DNA of 64,000 bases, from positions 233,120,001 to 233,184,000 of the forward strand of contig OZ024743.1 of assembly GCA_964016885.1 (NCBI GenBank). The letters run 5' to 3'. The notes below the pieces were generated by a model that saw only the letters and a program-made list of their open reading frames with translations, was not told where the DNA came from and did not search any database. Made by a program: the position numbers and the translations under genes. The DNA is from Eledone cirrhosa (Eukaryota). Positions 42,419 through 55,948 of this stretch are shown piece after piece (the first letter of the stretch is position 1; the number at the start of each line of letters is the position of its first letter).

Positions 42419-43213
42419 ATGGCTTCTGACTCTGTTCTGCCAACGTACACGGGCGACGTAAGGTTATGGTTCGCCCAGCTAGAAGCATTTTTCAAGGCGA
42501 ACAGAGTTGGCGAGGAACTACAACGTCCTGTGGTCCTTAGCGCAATTCCGCCGGCAATTCTCCCAGCGATTAAGGACCTGGTGTTAGAGACACCCACAGA
42601 CTCGACGTATACGTCTCTGAAGGCTGAAATACTCAGCCGGACAGAACAGTCTTCAGAAAAAAGATTTAGGGCTTTGGTCCATCTGGACTAAATAGGGGAT
42701 GGCACCACATCGAACCTCCTAAGGCGAATGAAGGACCTAACTGAGGGGTCGGTAGCGGAAGCTGCCCTGCTGAAGCAGTTGTTCTTCTCGCGCCTGCCGA
42801 CCAACGTACAGGCAATTTTGGCCCCCATGAGGGATACAAGCACGGTGGATCAGCTTGCCGCCTCTGCGGACAAAGTTTTCGAGGTGATGAATGCCGGAGG
42901 CAGCGACCCCCTTGCCGCTGTGCACCACCCAGCTCAGGCCACACACGGCCATGCGATCTACGCGGCAGCGCCAATGGACAGCTCAACCATTATGGCGATG
43001 CAAAGGTCCATTCAGGAACTCACCATAGAGCTCCACAAGATGAAGGCCTTGTGTGGTGCCCGTTCGCGCCCCCGCAGTCGCGAGAGATCGCAAAGTTTTA
43101 GACGGCGTTCTAAATCACCAGCTTCATCTTTATGCTGGTACCACGAGCGATTTGCTGAGAACGGGAATCACTGCGTGCAACCTTGCTCCTTTCATAAGGC
43201 GGGAAACGCCTAA
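42419..43213 (+). pseudogene. Gypsy gag with an in-frame stop at 42689-42691
   Basis: ORFs 42419-42691 and 42728-43213 are in the same frame; LWFAQLEAFF and CHCC-type motifs. Confidence 0.85.
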
Positions 43214-43224
43214 GAGGTCCGCTG

Positions 43225-46200
43225 ATGGGGACAGCTGACCTCAACATAAAGCCACCAAACCGCCATTTCTTCATTAAGGACCTCATGTCCGGAAGAGGTT
43301 TCCTCGTGGATACAGGAGCCTCCTGTAGTATTTGGCCGGTCCATTGCCTGAAAGATACCCCCATAGAGTCATCTGTTACGCTGCAGGCAGTTAACCACTC
43401 GTCTATAAAGACGTACGGGCAAATCTCGCTTCCTCTCAAATTCCTAAATCTTCGTAGGGATTTTAAGTGGATTTTTACGGTTGCCGATTTGCCATACCCC
43501 ATCTTAGGAGCGGATTTCCTCCACAACTTCTCTTTAACTGTGGACGTCCGTGGCCAACGCCTGGTGGATAACATTACCGGTTTTTCTATTCATGGCCAGG
43601 AAGCCAATGCTCCAACAGTCAGCCCCATGTTCTTCGTCGCTGCCGCTGGAGACGCCTACCATTCATTGCTGGGTTCTTTCCCGGAGCTCACGGATGGAAA
43701 TGTTTGAGTCACTGACCCAACACACTCGACCGAACATTTCGTTTCCACTACCGGTGCTCCAGTGTTTTCGCGTCCACGCTGCTTACCGACGGAAAAATTA
43801 AAAGCAGCACGGTCCGAGTTCGACCATATGCTGCAGTTGGGCATTATTCGCCCATCTACGAGTTCTTGGGCTTCACCGTTACACATGGTGCCCAAGACTT
43901 CCGGCGACTGGAGACCCACTGGGGATTATAGGAGGTTAAATGCCATGACTGTCCCGGATAGGTATCCCATTCCCCATCTCCATGATTTTGCATCTTCACT
44001 GCAGGGGTGTAAGATTTTTTCTAAGTTAGATTTAGTGCGAGCCTACCACCAAATTCCGGTCAGGAAGGAGGATATTCTGAAAACGGCGATTACAACCCCT
44101 TTCGGATCCTTCGAATTTTTGACCATGCCTTTCGGACTCAGGAACGCCGCTACCACTTTTCAGCGGTTCATAGACGAGGTCACGCGTGGTCTGGACTTTG
44201 TTTATGCTTACATAGACGATATTCTCGTCGCTAGTTCTTCTCCGGAAGAGCATATACGCCACATGCTTCTCTTATTTCGGCGACTTCAGGATTACCGCGT
44301 TCGCGTGAATCCAGCAAAGTGTGTTTTCGGTTCCACTTCCCTAAATTTCTTAGGCCACCTCATCGACGCCGAAGGTATTAGGCCGCTCCCTCAGCGAGTT
44401 CAAGCCATACAGGAGTTACCTCCGCCTACTACACTTCACCAGTTGCGTCACTTCTTAGGCCTAATCAATTTCTATAGGCATTTCGTTCGTTCCTCATTGT
44501 GCTAATTTGCTATCTTCCCTTACTGACATTTTAAAAAAATCGTCGTAAGAAGAATAAGGATATTTCATTGACACAAGGACAGCTTCAAGACTTCCAGTCT
44601 GCCAAGACAGCACTCGCTAGTTCATCTTTGCTAGCCCACCCGGTACCAGAGGCCAAGCTTTCGCTTTGTGTTGATGCATCTGATACCGCTGTGGGAGCAG
44701 TTTTACAGCAGTCCTACGCTGAAAATCAACAACCTTTGGCATTTTTCTCGAGGAAGTTGAAACCAGCAGAAACGCGTTATAGCACGTTTGGGTGGGAATT
44801 ATTAGCCATATATCTGTCGGTGAAACATTTCTCTCATATTCTTGAGGGGAGAAATTTTACAGTTTTTACCGACCACAAACCGTTGACCTTCGCTTTGAGG
44901 GCCAAAGCCAACAGATTTTCGCCCAGAGAGACAAGGCACCTGGACTACGTTTCACAATTTACAAACGATATCCAGCACATTGCCAGCTTGCACAACATAG
45001 CTGCAGACACATTGTCATGTTTGCCAATTAGCTCCATTTCGTCATCCCAGGAGATCGACTTAGGTCGTTTAGCTGCAGACTAACCTGCACTCCAATCGTT
45101 GGACACTCTTTCTGCTGAATTTGCGACTTGCATTTTCAAATATCTGCCCTTGTCCACCACCGACAGGCAGATTCTATGTGATGTATCTACAGATGCACCA
45201 CGACCACTTGTTGCTGAGACTCACTGTCGAATTGTGTTCCTGGCTTTACACAACATTTCTCACCCAGGATCTGCTGCCACAGTAAAGCTCATAACAGCCA
45301 GATTCTTCTGGCCAAATATGAGGCGCGACATTGCTGCTTGGTGCCGTTCTGCATCGCTTGCCAGAAATCGAAAATCCATAGACACATCCGGACTCCACTT
45401 GGTACTTTCAGTACTCCAGATGCTCGGTTTCAACACATCCACATTGACATCGTTGGACCTTGGCCATTCAGCAGTGGATATTCATACATATTGACCTGTG
45501 TCGATCGTTTTCGCGATGCCTGAAGCCATCCCTTTACAAGACATGACTGCTGAGACTGAAGCACGTGCCCTGGTATCAGGGTGGATTACCCGCTTTGGGG
45601 TACCAACTACACTCACCACAGACCGTGGTAGACAATTCGAGTCCCATCTCTTCTCTGAGCTCACAAAAATAATTGGAGTTCAACGGATTCGGACCACAGC
45701 CTATCATCCTGCTTCAAATGGAATGGTGGAACGATTCCACCGCCAATATGGTGCTCCTCTAGCGTTGCCTAGGGCAAATGCTTGCCCCTGTTGATCTTGC
45801 TTTCCAAGATCCGCTTTCCTACGTATCCCGTCTGCGTTCTTATTTTCAGGACCTGCCGCCGATGGATACGAGGAAACAAACTGTAAAACCTGCGGTCCCG
45901 AGAGATATTGCCTCGTGGACCCATGTGTTCATAAGGAACGATGCTGTGAGACCACCCCTCACACAACCATACTCTGGACCCTACCGTGTGTTAGCACGTA
46001 CTGACAAACATTTCACTGTAGACGTTAAGGGGTCCAGAGAGACAATTTCGGTGGATAGACTGAAAAGGGCACACAATGACGCTCATACACCCGAGCCACA
46101 AATACCCCAATCTTTCTCTCTTGTGCATACACCTGCTCCTTCTGCCCCACCTTCACCTACATACAAGACTACGACCCGTTCCGGTCGGAGAGTCCACTGG

Positions 46201-46233
46201 CCCAAAAAGTTCTGCCAAACTATTTTTATGTGA
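43225..46233 (+). pseudogene. Gypsy pol (PR-RT-RH-IN) with stops, frameshifts and an apparent integrase deletion near 45745
   Basis: Successive ORF pieces starting at 43225, 43762, 44568, 45099, 45338, 45498 and 45778. Confidence 0.88.
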
Positions 46234-46918
46234 ACTGGCCACTGGAGCCTTATTTTTTGTTTGCTGTTCTTGTTATTTATTGATTTATTGTATTACAATG
46301 TACCTCTCATTACCATTTCACTGGATGTATATATATGTTTTTCGTTTCCTTTTACAACGAACATTTTAAAAGAAATTTGATTTTTTTTTTACACATTTCG
46401 ACACGAACACTTCTTTTCGCTGAATCTCAACTATTGCTTATTCTTTCCACCAAGCTATATTCTTCTATTTGCCGGTTTAAAAATTTACCACGTAAATTTG
46501 CCGTTGAAAACTGCGCATTTATTCAGAATGCTTATTTCTCTGGTCGCTGGCCTCTTGACCCTTCCAGGTCAACGCATTCACAACATCAACAACAACAACA
46601 CAGCTTCATCAACAACCAAAACCAGCAGAACAAGCCAGAGATTTTATTTCTGCAGCACTCTTCCTGTGAGAAATTCCCTTCGGAAGTTGGAAATTTCACG
46701 TTATACCACAGACCAGAAACCACCTGCATTCATTCTCTGGAACACATTCTTTCCTGCTGTCATGTGATTGCACACATGGGAACTGTATTTTGAACTTTGA
46801 CCTCTTCTCTTCCTTTGATTACATTGTATCATAATTTTCATGCCTCTTACATGCTCAATATCTTACTCCATGCATGCTTCATTCGATTTTTATGTTTTAA
46901 AAATCTGGCGGGAGATAA

Positions 46919-47354
46919 TGTAGCAAGAGTTGCCTCCCTTGTCATGACAATCTCATCACCGCTCTCTAGACAGGAAGTAGCTGGAGTTGCTTCCCTTTGG
47001 GGGTGACAGACTCCCTGTTGGTCACTTCCGGTCAGACCCTAAAAAAGAAACGGGTTAGGATATCTCTCTCTCGCCTCCTGAATTCCAAAGTGGTAACACC
47101 TGCGACCTTAGCATGAGATGATTCCTTTCTCATAATCCTTCGCCACCAAGAAGAATGCAACCGGCAGCCTAAGAGCCTAAGAAGATGTTAACACCTAGAG
47201 AAGATCTCTGTTCTTCTCTACACACTTCAGCCTAGGAGTTGTGATCCACGGGTAATGATTCATTTATATTAATCCATTTGGCTTCTATGAAGTAAAAACA
47301 TTATCACAACACACACCGGCATTTATTGTCTTTTGTAATAATTTTATATGTACA
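46919..47354 (+). repeat. Probable Gypsy 3' LTR
   Basis: Starts TGTAG right after CTGGCGGGAGATAA; likely ends ..TGTACA. The right boundary is uncertain because there is no second LTR to compare. Confidence 0.55.
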
Positions 47355-47721
47355 CCGATACTAATCTCCTAAAAATCTCTCATTCTTTATATACATATCT
47401 TGCCTGGTCTTGCTCGGGGATCCAGCCAGATCATTTGGAGATGGTTGCATCTGACAGGACCTGCTGGAAGGAGTGTTTGAGGACTCTGCCCCCACGACCC
47501 TCTCAGGAATAAGTGGTCAAAGAAGAAAAAGAAAATATTTTTCCTTACATTTTTTGTTGTTGTCTACGTTAAGGAGCATGCATGCTGTCTACAAAGAGGA
47601 GGGGCTACCTCAAATAATTCAACTTTTGTGCAAATGTAACACTGATGAATTCTTTATATATATATACACATGCATAAAAACAAAACAAAATATACACCAA
47701 AGAAGAGATAAATTTACTTAC

Positions 47722-47829
47722 ACGGGGTGGGCCACGTTGATTATCAGGACTGCTGCGCCATTCTCCAGATGACAAACGTTCAACATGGTCCTGGTCAAGG
47801 ACACATAGGGATGCCAGAGCTAACCATAA
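47722..47829 (-). CDS. MYCBP2: MYCBP2 exon
   Basis: LWLALASLCVLDQDHVERLSSGEWRSSPDNQRGPPR. Confidence 0.96.
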
Positions 47830-47914
47830 CTGCAGAGAGACAAAGAGCAAATAGAGAAACTTTGCTTCAACCATTATAAAAACAAGGGAGGTAACTGTTA
47901 TATTGGTGCCTTAA

Positions 47915-48376
47915 AAATCATCGAAGCTTCATCACCCAATCATCCCTCCAAAGCCCACCAATTCGGGGGTGTATTTTGTTAGAGATGCCTACTGACTGTA
48001 GTAGGTTTTACTTTGTATTTAGGTAACGCGGGTCTTCTCTATTACTGAGTACCGCCAAAGGTCTCGGTCCAGTGACATTGTCTTGGTGAGGTGTAAGTGT
48101 GTGAGGGCGGAGTTTATCAGCTCGTCCCAGGTTTTTCTGGGTCTGCCTACTCCGTGGCTACCATCTATCTTTATTGCCCTGCACTTTGTTATACAGCTGT
48201 CGTCTTTCATGCGCATCACGTGACCATACCAACGTAGCCTTCTCTCGAGTAAACAACATCTGATCCCTCTTATTTCTAATTTTTTCCTTAGTTCGTTTAT
48301 GCTTTGCCGTTCGCGTATATTACTATTACACATCCAGCGGAGCATGCAAGCTTCGTTCCTCTCTAGTCTGCGTATA
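47915..48376 (-). mobile_element. RTE LINE 3' end that continues the 40914-42340 piece in the opposite orientation
   Basis: IRRLERNEACMLRWMC..RRLRWYGHVMR..GRPRKTW..DRDLWR; the first 37 bp are identical to 42299-42335. Confidence 0.88.
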
Positions 48377-49569
48377 ATATATTTAAATATTAACTTGTGA
48401 AATAATCTATATAGAGAACAGCACATCAGTGGATATTAAAACAAAGTAGTCTCATATTATAAATCCTGATCAGGTTAACTTTGCCTTTCATCCTTACGGG
48501 GTTGATAAAATAAAGTACCAGTCATGCACTGGGGTTGATTTAATCGACTTTCCCCTCCCCCAAAATTGCTGACCATGTGCCTATATAAGAATCCATATTA
48601 TCAAAAAATATATAAAGATATTTTTAATTTAAGAATAATAAATTGATAATATGAATAAACAAAGAACATACTCTTCATGTATAGCAATAAGAATGTTTTT
48701 AAATGTTCGATCACCACTACTCTATTGATGTCATTGTATCATCTTTATTCAAATTTGTTCCACTACCCTATATTTGCTGGTGTCAAAGACACTCCAACAT
48801 CATGGATATGCCTCCACTTTGATTTTTGCTAACTTTTGAAATAAGATGCTTATGACTAACATAACCTTAAGTCTTATAGTAGGAAAAAAAAATTAAAATG
48901 AACTAAAAATAACAGCACCTTCCAAGTTTAGAAATACTGCCACTATTAAAAATATCTTTTGATGCACTATTCAATATTTTACTGCATACTACCAGCCACC
49001 AATCATCATCATCATCATCATCATTTAATGTCCATTTTCCACACTAGCATGGGTTGTCCCGTTAGGGGCAAGTCGAGTTGGGTGACCATGTCTTGCTCAC
49101 ACAGAACTGTTTTTGGCTAGGTTTCTACGGCTGAATGCCTTTCTAATGGAAACCACATTTACAGTGTGTGCTAGGTGCTTTTTGTCGTGACACCCACACG
49201 ACCACTTTACAGTGTGGGTCGGATGATTTTTTTGGGGTTTGATCAGTGGTTTGATAAATAAAAAACAGTTACTTCAAAATTTGCTAATCAGTCCAGCTTG
49301 TTATATAACTTCCAGACGTTTTCACCCCAAAATCATTTCAGAGCAAAGATAAATATATAATTCTTAGAACAAGTTAATCTTTCAATATGAATGGTTCCCA
49401 ACCAAGGATCTCTTATTTAAATGAATTTTTCCATGAGACACCCCAGCTACAATTACTCTCCCCTACCAGGTCTTTTAGACAGCAAGAATAACAATCAGAA
49501 GAAATAAATGCTTTTATTTAGAGAAGAATGCATACCCAATAGCATGTGCATTTTATATCTTTAACAAAG

Positions 49570-50037
49570 CACTCTCAGGTCTTGAACAATCGTCCCCCAT
49601 CGATTATTAATTTTTCAGATTTTTTTCCAACGCCCCCAAACTTATTAAATTTTGCTAATCTATCTCTGGCGAAATTTTATTGTAGGTGATTCATATTGAT
49701 ACAGCAGCTGGAGAATCTAATAATAATGTTGATACAGCAGCTGGAGAATCTAATAATAATGTTGATACAGCAGCTAGAGAATCTAATAATAATGTTGATA
49801 CAGCAGCTAGAGAATCTAATAATAATTTTATTTTACATTAAAATAACATTATATATGTCAAAAAAAAAAAAAAGAATATTACAAGAAATTCCATATTTAC
49901 AAATGTACACTAAACAATTACCCATACCCCGTTTATTCCAACCTTCCCCCACACTTATAAGAATTTAAGCACATGTCCACCCAGCCCTGCTTATTCCAAA
50001 CCCCACTCCACACCCCATTATTTGCGACCTGAAAGTA
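49570..50037. mobile_element. TIR element (MITE) containing a 33-bp x4 tandem repeat at 49696-49826
   Basis: ACTCTCAGGTCTTGAACAAT..ATTATTTGCGACCTGAAAGT; the left end recurs at about 56039. Confidence 0.55.
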
Positions 50038-50774
50038 CTTGAAATTTTCACCTTAGCCCATGGATCCCCAGTGCAACCTTCATATATGTTCTTTGGTGCA
50101 TTACATAACAAATGGAATATTTACTATATAATTTATTACATAATAAATGGAGTTATTTTCATCATCAGTTGTTAGCTGTTGAGACACTGCATCCTTCAAA
50201 GCTTCCCAAAATTCACCAACACTACACCTGATATTTCCCCTCATGTGTCTGACTGTATATCATGACTCGTACACTGTTCATTTCCCTGACATTTGTATAT
50301 TATTCTATATACTATACATGCCCCTTTGATGAATTGTAGTGCACCTGAGCACTGTACACAATAATTGCCATTATTATTTTTATTTGACGGTGGATTGGCA
50401 GTATCGGTAGAGGGTTGGACGCCATGCTTTGCAGCAAAGAGTTACGGCTCTTTATGGTCTGTGTTCAAATCCCGCTGAGGTTAACTTTGCCTTTCATCCT
50501 TACGGGGGTCGGTAAAATAAAGTACCAGTAATACACTGGGATAATTGCTGGCCTTGTGCCAAAAGTAGAAACAATTATTATTTTTATTTGACATCTGTTT
50601 TCCTCGCTACCTAGGGTTGGACAGATGATCACAGACCGAGTCAATACTAAAGCAGAGCTACTGCCCTCTGTTAGGGTAGCAGCTCTTCATGGAATCTTAG
50701 AGAAAGGAAGTGTGGTAGGGAGATAGAGATAAATATAAGACAAAAATAGAGAATGAAAAAATATGAATACTTAC

Positions 50775-50894
50775 CGTAGGAGTTTTCATACAGGCTTGTG
50801 GAAGCCGTAACGACTCATCAAGTTTGGTCAAAGATAACAAAGCCTCAGCTATAGCTGCCTTACTGACCATTGCCCAGGCCTCTGACAGATGACC
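50775..50894 (-). CDS. MYCBP2: MYCBP2 exon
   Basis: GHLSEAWAMVSKAAIAEALLSLTKLDESLRLPQACMKTPT. Confidence 0.94.
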
Positions 50895-52211
50895 CTAGTA
50901 AATATAAAACACAACCATATATAAATACATGTAAGTGTGAGTGTGTGCCTGTGTGTGTATGTGCATGTATCTATGTGTGGTGTGCAAGTGTCTTCCACTA
51001 CAGCTTCAGTGAAATTTGGTAGATGGAAACTGCAAATGCCCAATGTGTGTGTATGGGTGTGTATGTATGTATTTATATATATATATATATATATAAGAAT
51101 AAAATTAAGAAAGATGTGTTTAAGCATCATTTTTAATGTTATTCTTATACTGAATCGCCATCGTAACAACACATTACAAATGTAGAGAGCTTTCTTCTGC
51201 TTACTCCTATTTTTACCAAAGTAACAACCTAGCTCACACGGATAAACAAATTTTTACTGAATGTGTGTGTGTGTGCGTGTGTGTGCGTGTGCGTGTGTGT
51301 GTGTACAAGGATGCAGTGGTGTTCATGTCCTGTAACCTAGCCAAAAAAAAAATAAGAAAAAAGTAATGGAATAGGTAACTTCTAAACACATGCTAGTGTG
51401 GAAGATAGACGTTAAACAATGATGATGATGAATAAACTTCAAAAAATAAGCACTGGGCTCAATATGTTTGACTAAAAACCTTTAAAGACAGTGCCCCAGT
51501 TTGGCCACGGTATAATATCTGAAACGAGTAAAAAAAATACTAATGAACTCACATTTTCCATATTTTTTATAGGGCTGACTCGGGTAAGATTAAGTCCTTT
51601 TTAGGCCCAATTCACTTAAAAGAATAGTGTACCCCCACTCCTATAAATTCTGCAAAAAAGTTTCTTTATGGAATGACAAATACATTTAAAATCTTAGGAC
51701 TGCCTGTAACATAGATAAGCAGCTGAATGCTTTGGAGTGATTCACACATACAGAATGAGCTAACATTTGGTTGGTATAGCAAGAATGTTGAGCAGCCACA
51801 GAGGAATTTTTTACTTGTATTTTTTTTCCATGCCAAGCCAATGTAACTCTCTCGACTTAAGAACTTAGATCCCACAAATCTCTCCTTAATCTTCAATACA
51901 GTGTGATATTTATGTACAACATAATATGCATGTAGCTAATGAGGCAGTATCTATTGATATTTGATTTGCTAGAAACAGCTGTAAAATATTCATCAAATCA
52001 CACACTCTGCTGTCGGTTAATGAGAGATCTCTATTCCACATGGTTGCAAGCATTGTCATGAGACTAGCCATTGCACAAGTCAGGCACATATCTGCCAGGT
52101 TTTTCCCCCATAGAGTTCAACCTTGTTTTCACAGGTCTACCTTGCTTCTCATACCCATGTTCTGGCTTCCTTTCATATAACGTATTTTAACCAACACATA
52201 GAGCAAAGTAC

Positions 52212-52299
52212 CTTGGCCATGTCTTGTAGTAAAGCAATAATGTTGCCAGCTTGACACATTGTCATGTGACCTCTCAGCCACCATCTTGGACCTGTGGCT
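52212..52299 (-). CDS. MYCBP2: MYCBP2 exon
   Basis: ATGPRWWLRGHMTMCQAGNIIALLQDMAK; phases fit both neighbouring exons. Confidence 0.9.
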
Positions 52300-52706
52300 C
52301 TGTAATATATAAAAACAAGATGTTAAATAAAAAGTCTACATGTGAATTTAATCAAATTTTATTGATCTTTAATATAATCAATTCAAATTTCACACACCAC
52401 CGCAATCATACTTCCGACACAATGCACACAACTACCATCACACTATAACTCATCTCCCACCCTCACCTCCACATTTCCACAAAAGAATGCACACCACCAC
52501 ACAACAATTTAGACCATCACTACCATACACATACAACACCTTCACACTTGCCCATCACACACATGACCATACACACCACCTCTACACTTGCCCACAATGC
52601 ACACACAACCAACACCACACTCCAAAACACACTCCATCACCAGACTCCCACAACATACCCCCACCACTGCACTCATCACTACACTCCCATAACAACAACA
52701 ACAGAC

Positions 52707-52993
52707 CTGCTTGATGTGTGCTCTGCCAAACATTCTGCTAAAGTAACAGTAGTGATGCCTTTCTGGAATTGGTTACTTTTTACTTTAGTCTGGACAGCCA
52801 GTGCTTTACTGATGCACGCCAAGAATACATCAAGGATGCAAGGCTTCTCAGAGTCAAACTCTTCTTCGACAGACGTCTTGTTCGTCGAGTGCATAATGTT
52901 GAAGTCTGTCGGTGGTAGATTCGGTACGAGGAGTAAGTCGGCCAGAGCTTGGGGGTGGACGTCAGGAAGTACTCTTCTGATCACCGACGTCAC
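52707..52993 (-). CDS. MYCBP2: MYCBP2 exon
   Basis: VTSVIRRVLPDVHPQALADLL..ILDVFLACISKALAVQTK..KGITTVTLAECLAEHTSS. Confidence 0.92.
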
Positions 52994-53719
52994 CTGAAAA
53001 ACAGCAAGTGTCCACACACAAATTTATACTCAAGAATTGGAAAATCCCTCAGACCCCAGATTTAAAAAAACTCTGGATACCACGGAATCCACCCACTGAC
53101 CACCAACATCTAATTATTTCCACACGGGCCGGGCCTTCTTCTACAAACCCAATCTCTTTCTTACTTTTCTCCTTTTTCTCTGTGGGTTCTCAAACAATTA
53201 GCTCCCTTGAATGTTCATGTATCTTCTTAATTACCAACTTATTTCCCTTGTTTTTACTCTAATTCCTTCTATATCTAAAATACATTTTGCTACATATTTC
53301 TTACTTTTCTCTTTTGGAACTGTGGTTCAGAAAATTTAACTTATCTATGATACAACATGTAAAAGGTGTTGTGCTTATAGATAAGGACAAAATAAGTCTG
53401 TCAATAAGTCTGCCAAATCTCCCTTCAAATTATACCCACACCGACTTGATATGAATAGGACACATTGGTAATGTAGTCCTAGATTCTCTGCTAAATAGAT
53501 GGTGTAGCCATAGCTAGAATTAATTTTATTATAGGTCTGTTTTTGTACAGACTGATCTGGGGCTAACCATAGTTTATACACTTCTATAATTACTCTTAAC
53601 ATGTTGTAAGGATTTTGTAGAAGATATCTGAAAATGTGTTTGTTAATTTAAATGTTTATAATATCTTTATTAGTAGACAGATTGTTGTGGAAATGTACAG
53701 TATTGGCAGTGCTTCTATT

Positions 53720-55580
53720 TGAGCAGCGCATAGCAACCAGCCCTGACAGTAAGGTGTTCTGGAAGTATGTTCACTCAAAGCAGAGGCCTCACTCTCCAGT
53801 TGGTCCTCTTCGCAATCCCCACACAAGCCAGGTTACTGACGACCCCAAGGAATGCGCAGAGCTCATTGCTGAATGCTATGCAGGCATTTTCACTATTGAA
53901 GACCAGAGTGTACCATCTCCACCACCTATGACACCGGACTCTATTACAACCATGGAATTTACACCTGCAATGCTGCAACGTCACCTAAAAAATAAACGCA
54001 ACCATGCCTCTCCTGGTCTTGATGGTGTTACGTACCTGCTTCTTAAACGTGGTGGGTACTTCCTTCTGCACCAGTTATCACGCTTCTTCCAATTCTGTCT
54101 GAACAACAGTGCTACTCCAGAACAGTGGAAAACTGCCAGTGTCATTCCTCTGTTCAAAAAGGGTGACCGCACATCACCTGTGAACTATCGTCCAGTCAGT
54201 CTTACTAGTTGCATCGCCAAACTGATGGAATCCTGTGTCAGAGAAACACTTTGGAACTTCTGGAGATCTCACAGTCTTATCCGGCCCTTGCAATTTGGAT
54301 TTATCCCCAACTCCAGCGGCTGTGATCAACTTATAGAGTTTCTTGAGGACATCACCCGGATCACTGATGGCAGCTCATGGGTGGATGTTGTTTACCTTGA
54401 CTTTGCGAAAGCCTTCAATTCTGTGCCACACAAAAGGCTTATGGCAAAACTCTCTGCAATGGGTGTGAAGGATGATCTTTTTAACTGGTTGAAGTCCTTC
54501 ATTCTCAGTCGAAGAGAGGTAGTCACGGTTCTGGGACAGCATTCCTCACCATATGAGATGTCATCTGGTGTACCACAGGGATCTGTTCTTGGCCCCCTTT
54601 TGTTTGTGGCATATATTAATGACATAGATGCCAACTTAAAGAATGCCACAGTACTAAAGTACGCAGACAACATCAAGCTGTACCTTGAGATAAAAAGGAC
54701 AGATCCTGAACACTATAGATCTTGCTTGCAGTCTGACCTGGACACAATGCAACAATGGATCTCAGACTGGCAACTCAAGCTAGCTGTGGACAAGTGCACC
54801 ACCATGCATTTTGGGAGTAAAAACCCAGCGTCCACATACTCCCTCCACAGCACTAATATCAAGAAGGCTTCTTGTGAACGTGACCTGGGCATTACGGTCA
54901 GCAGCGATTTGCGTTGGACGAAGCACGTCTCTAAAATTGTCAAGAGGGCGTCTTAGCATCACTCAGCAAGACCTTTGTCAGCCGCTCTCCAGATATCTAT
55001 TTAAGGCTGTACATGGCTACGGTGCGACCACACTTAGAATTTGCATCACCAGTCTGGAACTCCCATCTTGCTCAGAACATTGACCACCTGGAAACTGTTC
55101 AGAGACGTGCAACCAAGCGAATACCCTCCATCAGGCATCTACCATACTTTGAGCGCCTTGCTTCCCTGGGCATGGATACATTGAAGCTCTGACGCCTGGC
55201 AACTGACTTGGTAAGCACCCACAAAATTGTTAACCATGTTGCCAACAACAACCCTGAGTACCTTTTTGATTTCCATGTGTCTAACACATGTGGACATGCC
55301 CACAAAGTAAGAAAACAGCACAGTTCCCATGACTTTCGGAAACATTTTTTCACGCTCAGAGTTGCTGAAGCATGGAAGAAACTACCTGCATCAGTTGTTA
55401 GCTGTCGAGACACTGCATCCTTTAAGGCCTCCATGCTTCCTGAGATCCGCCAACACTACAGCTAACACATACACACATGTACTTCCCTGACATTTGTGTA
55501 TTATTCTATGTACTATACATACACCTTTGATGAGTTGTAGTGCACCTGAGCACTTTACACAATTTCATTATTATTATTAT
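53720..55580 (+). mobile_element. CR1-group LINE, 5'-truncated; same family as many short 3'-end fragments in the window
   Basis: FWKYV, SPGLDG, NYRPVSLTS, YLDFAKAFNSV, GVPQGSVLGP, YADN, ERDLG; frameshift near 54955; 3' UTR ..GTAGTGCACCTGAGCACT..(ATT)n. Fragments at about 12930-13000, 22150-22285(-), 36395-36573, 38630-38790 + 39225-39315, 39775-39992, 50162-50378, 58416-58752, 62695-62888(-). Confidence 0.92.
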
Positions 55581-55794
55581 ACAGCGTATAATTTTTAATA
55601 CATCGCAGTCATTGTGCTGTTTTGTACCTTTCAAGAATATCTTGCTAATATGGTTTCATGTAGTAGAGGACATTAAGTATTAAACAAATAAACAAAATAA
55701 AACCAGTAAATAAATATCAAAGAATGGCATTAAAAGAGACAGAAAAATGAGAAAGAGAGAGAGAGAGAGAATTAATCTATTGTTTATATCTTAC

Positions 55795-55948
55795 TTGTCT
55801 TTGAACACGTGGAGATGCTGTATGCAAGAGGCTGAATAAATCTTGAAGAAGTCCAGTTTGTTGTGCCAAGTAATTCCTACCAACTGAGGAGCCACTCAAC
55901 GCTAGAACCATGGACAGCAATTCGAAGCAGTAGACATCAGAGGAAGAC
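55795..55948 (-). CDS. MYCBP2: MYCBP2 exon
   Basis: SSSDVYCFELLSMVLALSGSSVGRNYLAQQTGLLQDLFSLLHTASPRVQRQ. Confidence 0.96.

Larger units (their letters stand above)
42341..47354 (+). mobile_element. Ty3/Gypsy LTR retrotransposon (CsRn1/Kabuki-like), decayed, 5' LTR missing
   Basis: gag with C-x2-H-x9-C-x3-C (CWYHERFAENGNHCVQPC), protease LVDTGA, RT YIDD, RNase H VDASD, integrase HNISHPG / HIDIVG / TTDRG / GMVERFH; purine-rich tract followed by TGTAG at 46919. Confidence 0.92.

Noticed and set aside
42341-48339. Simple genomic inversion between the two RTE halves
   Set aside because: It would imply the essential MYCBP2 exon 47722-47829 was previously antisense to the rest of the gene.
49696-49968. 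ORF with repeated MLIQQLENLII; the array superficially resembles CRISPR
   Set aside because: Head-to-tail 33-bp tandem repeat with no spacers, inside a MITE in a eukaryotic intron.
55520-55560. TTGATGAG followed by a hairpin in the CR1 3' UTR as a possible hammerhead
   Set aside because: No GAAA/UH after the stem; better explained as the LINE 3' recognition stem-loop.
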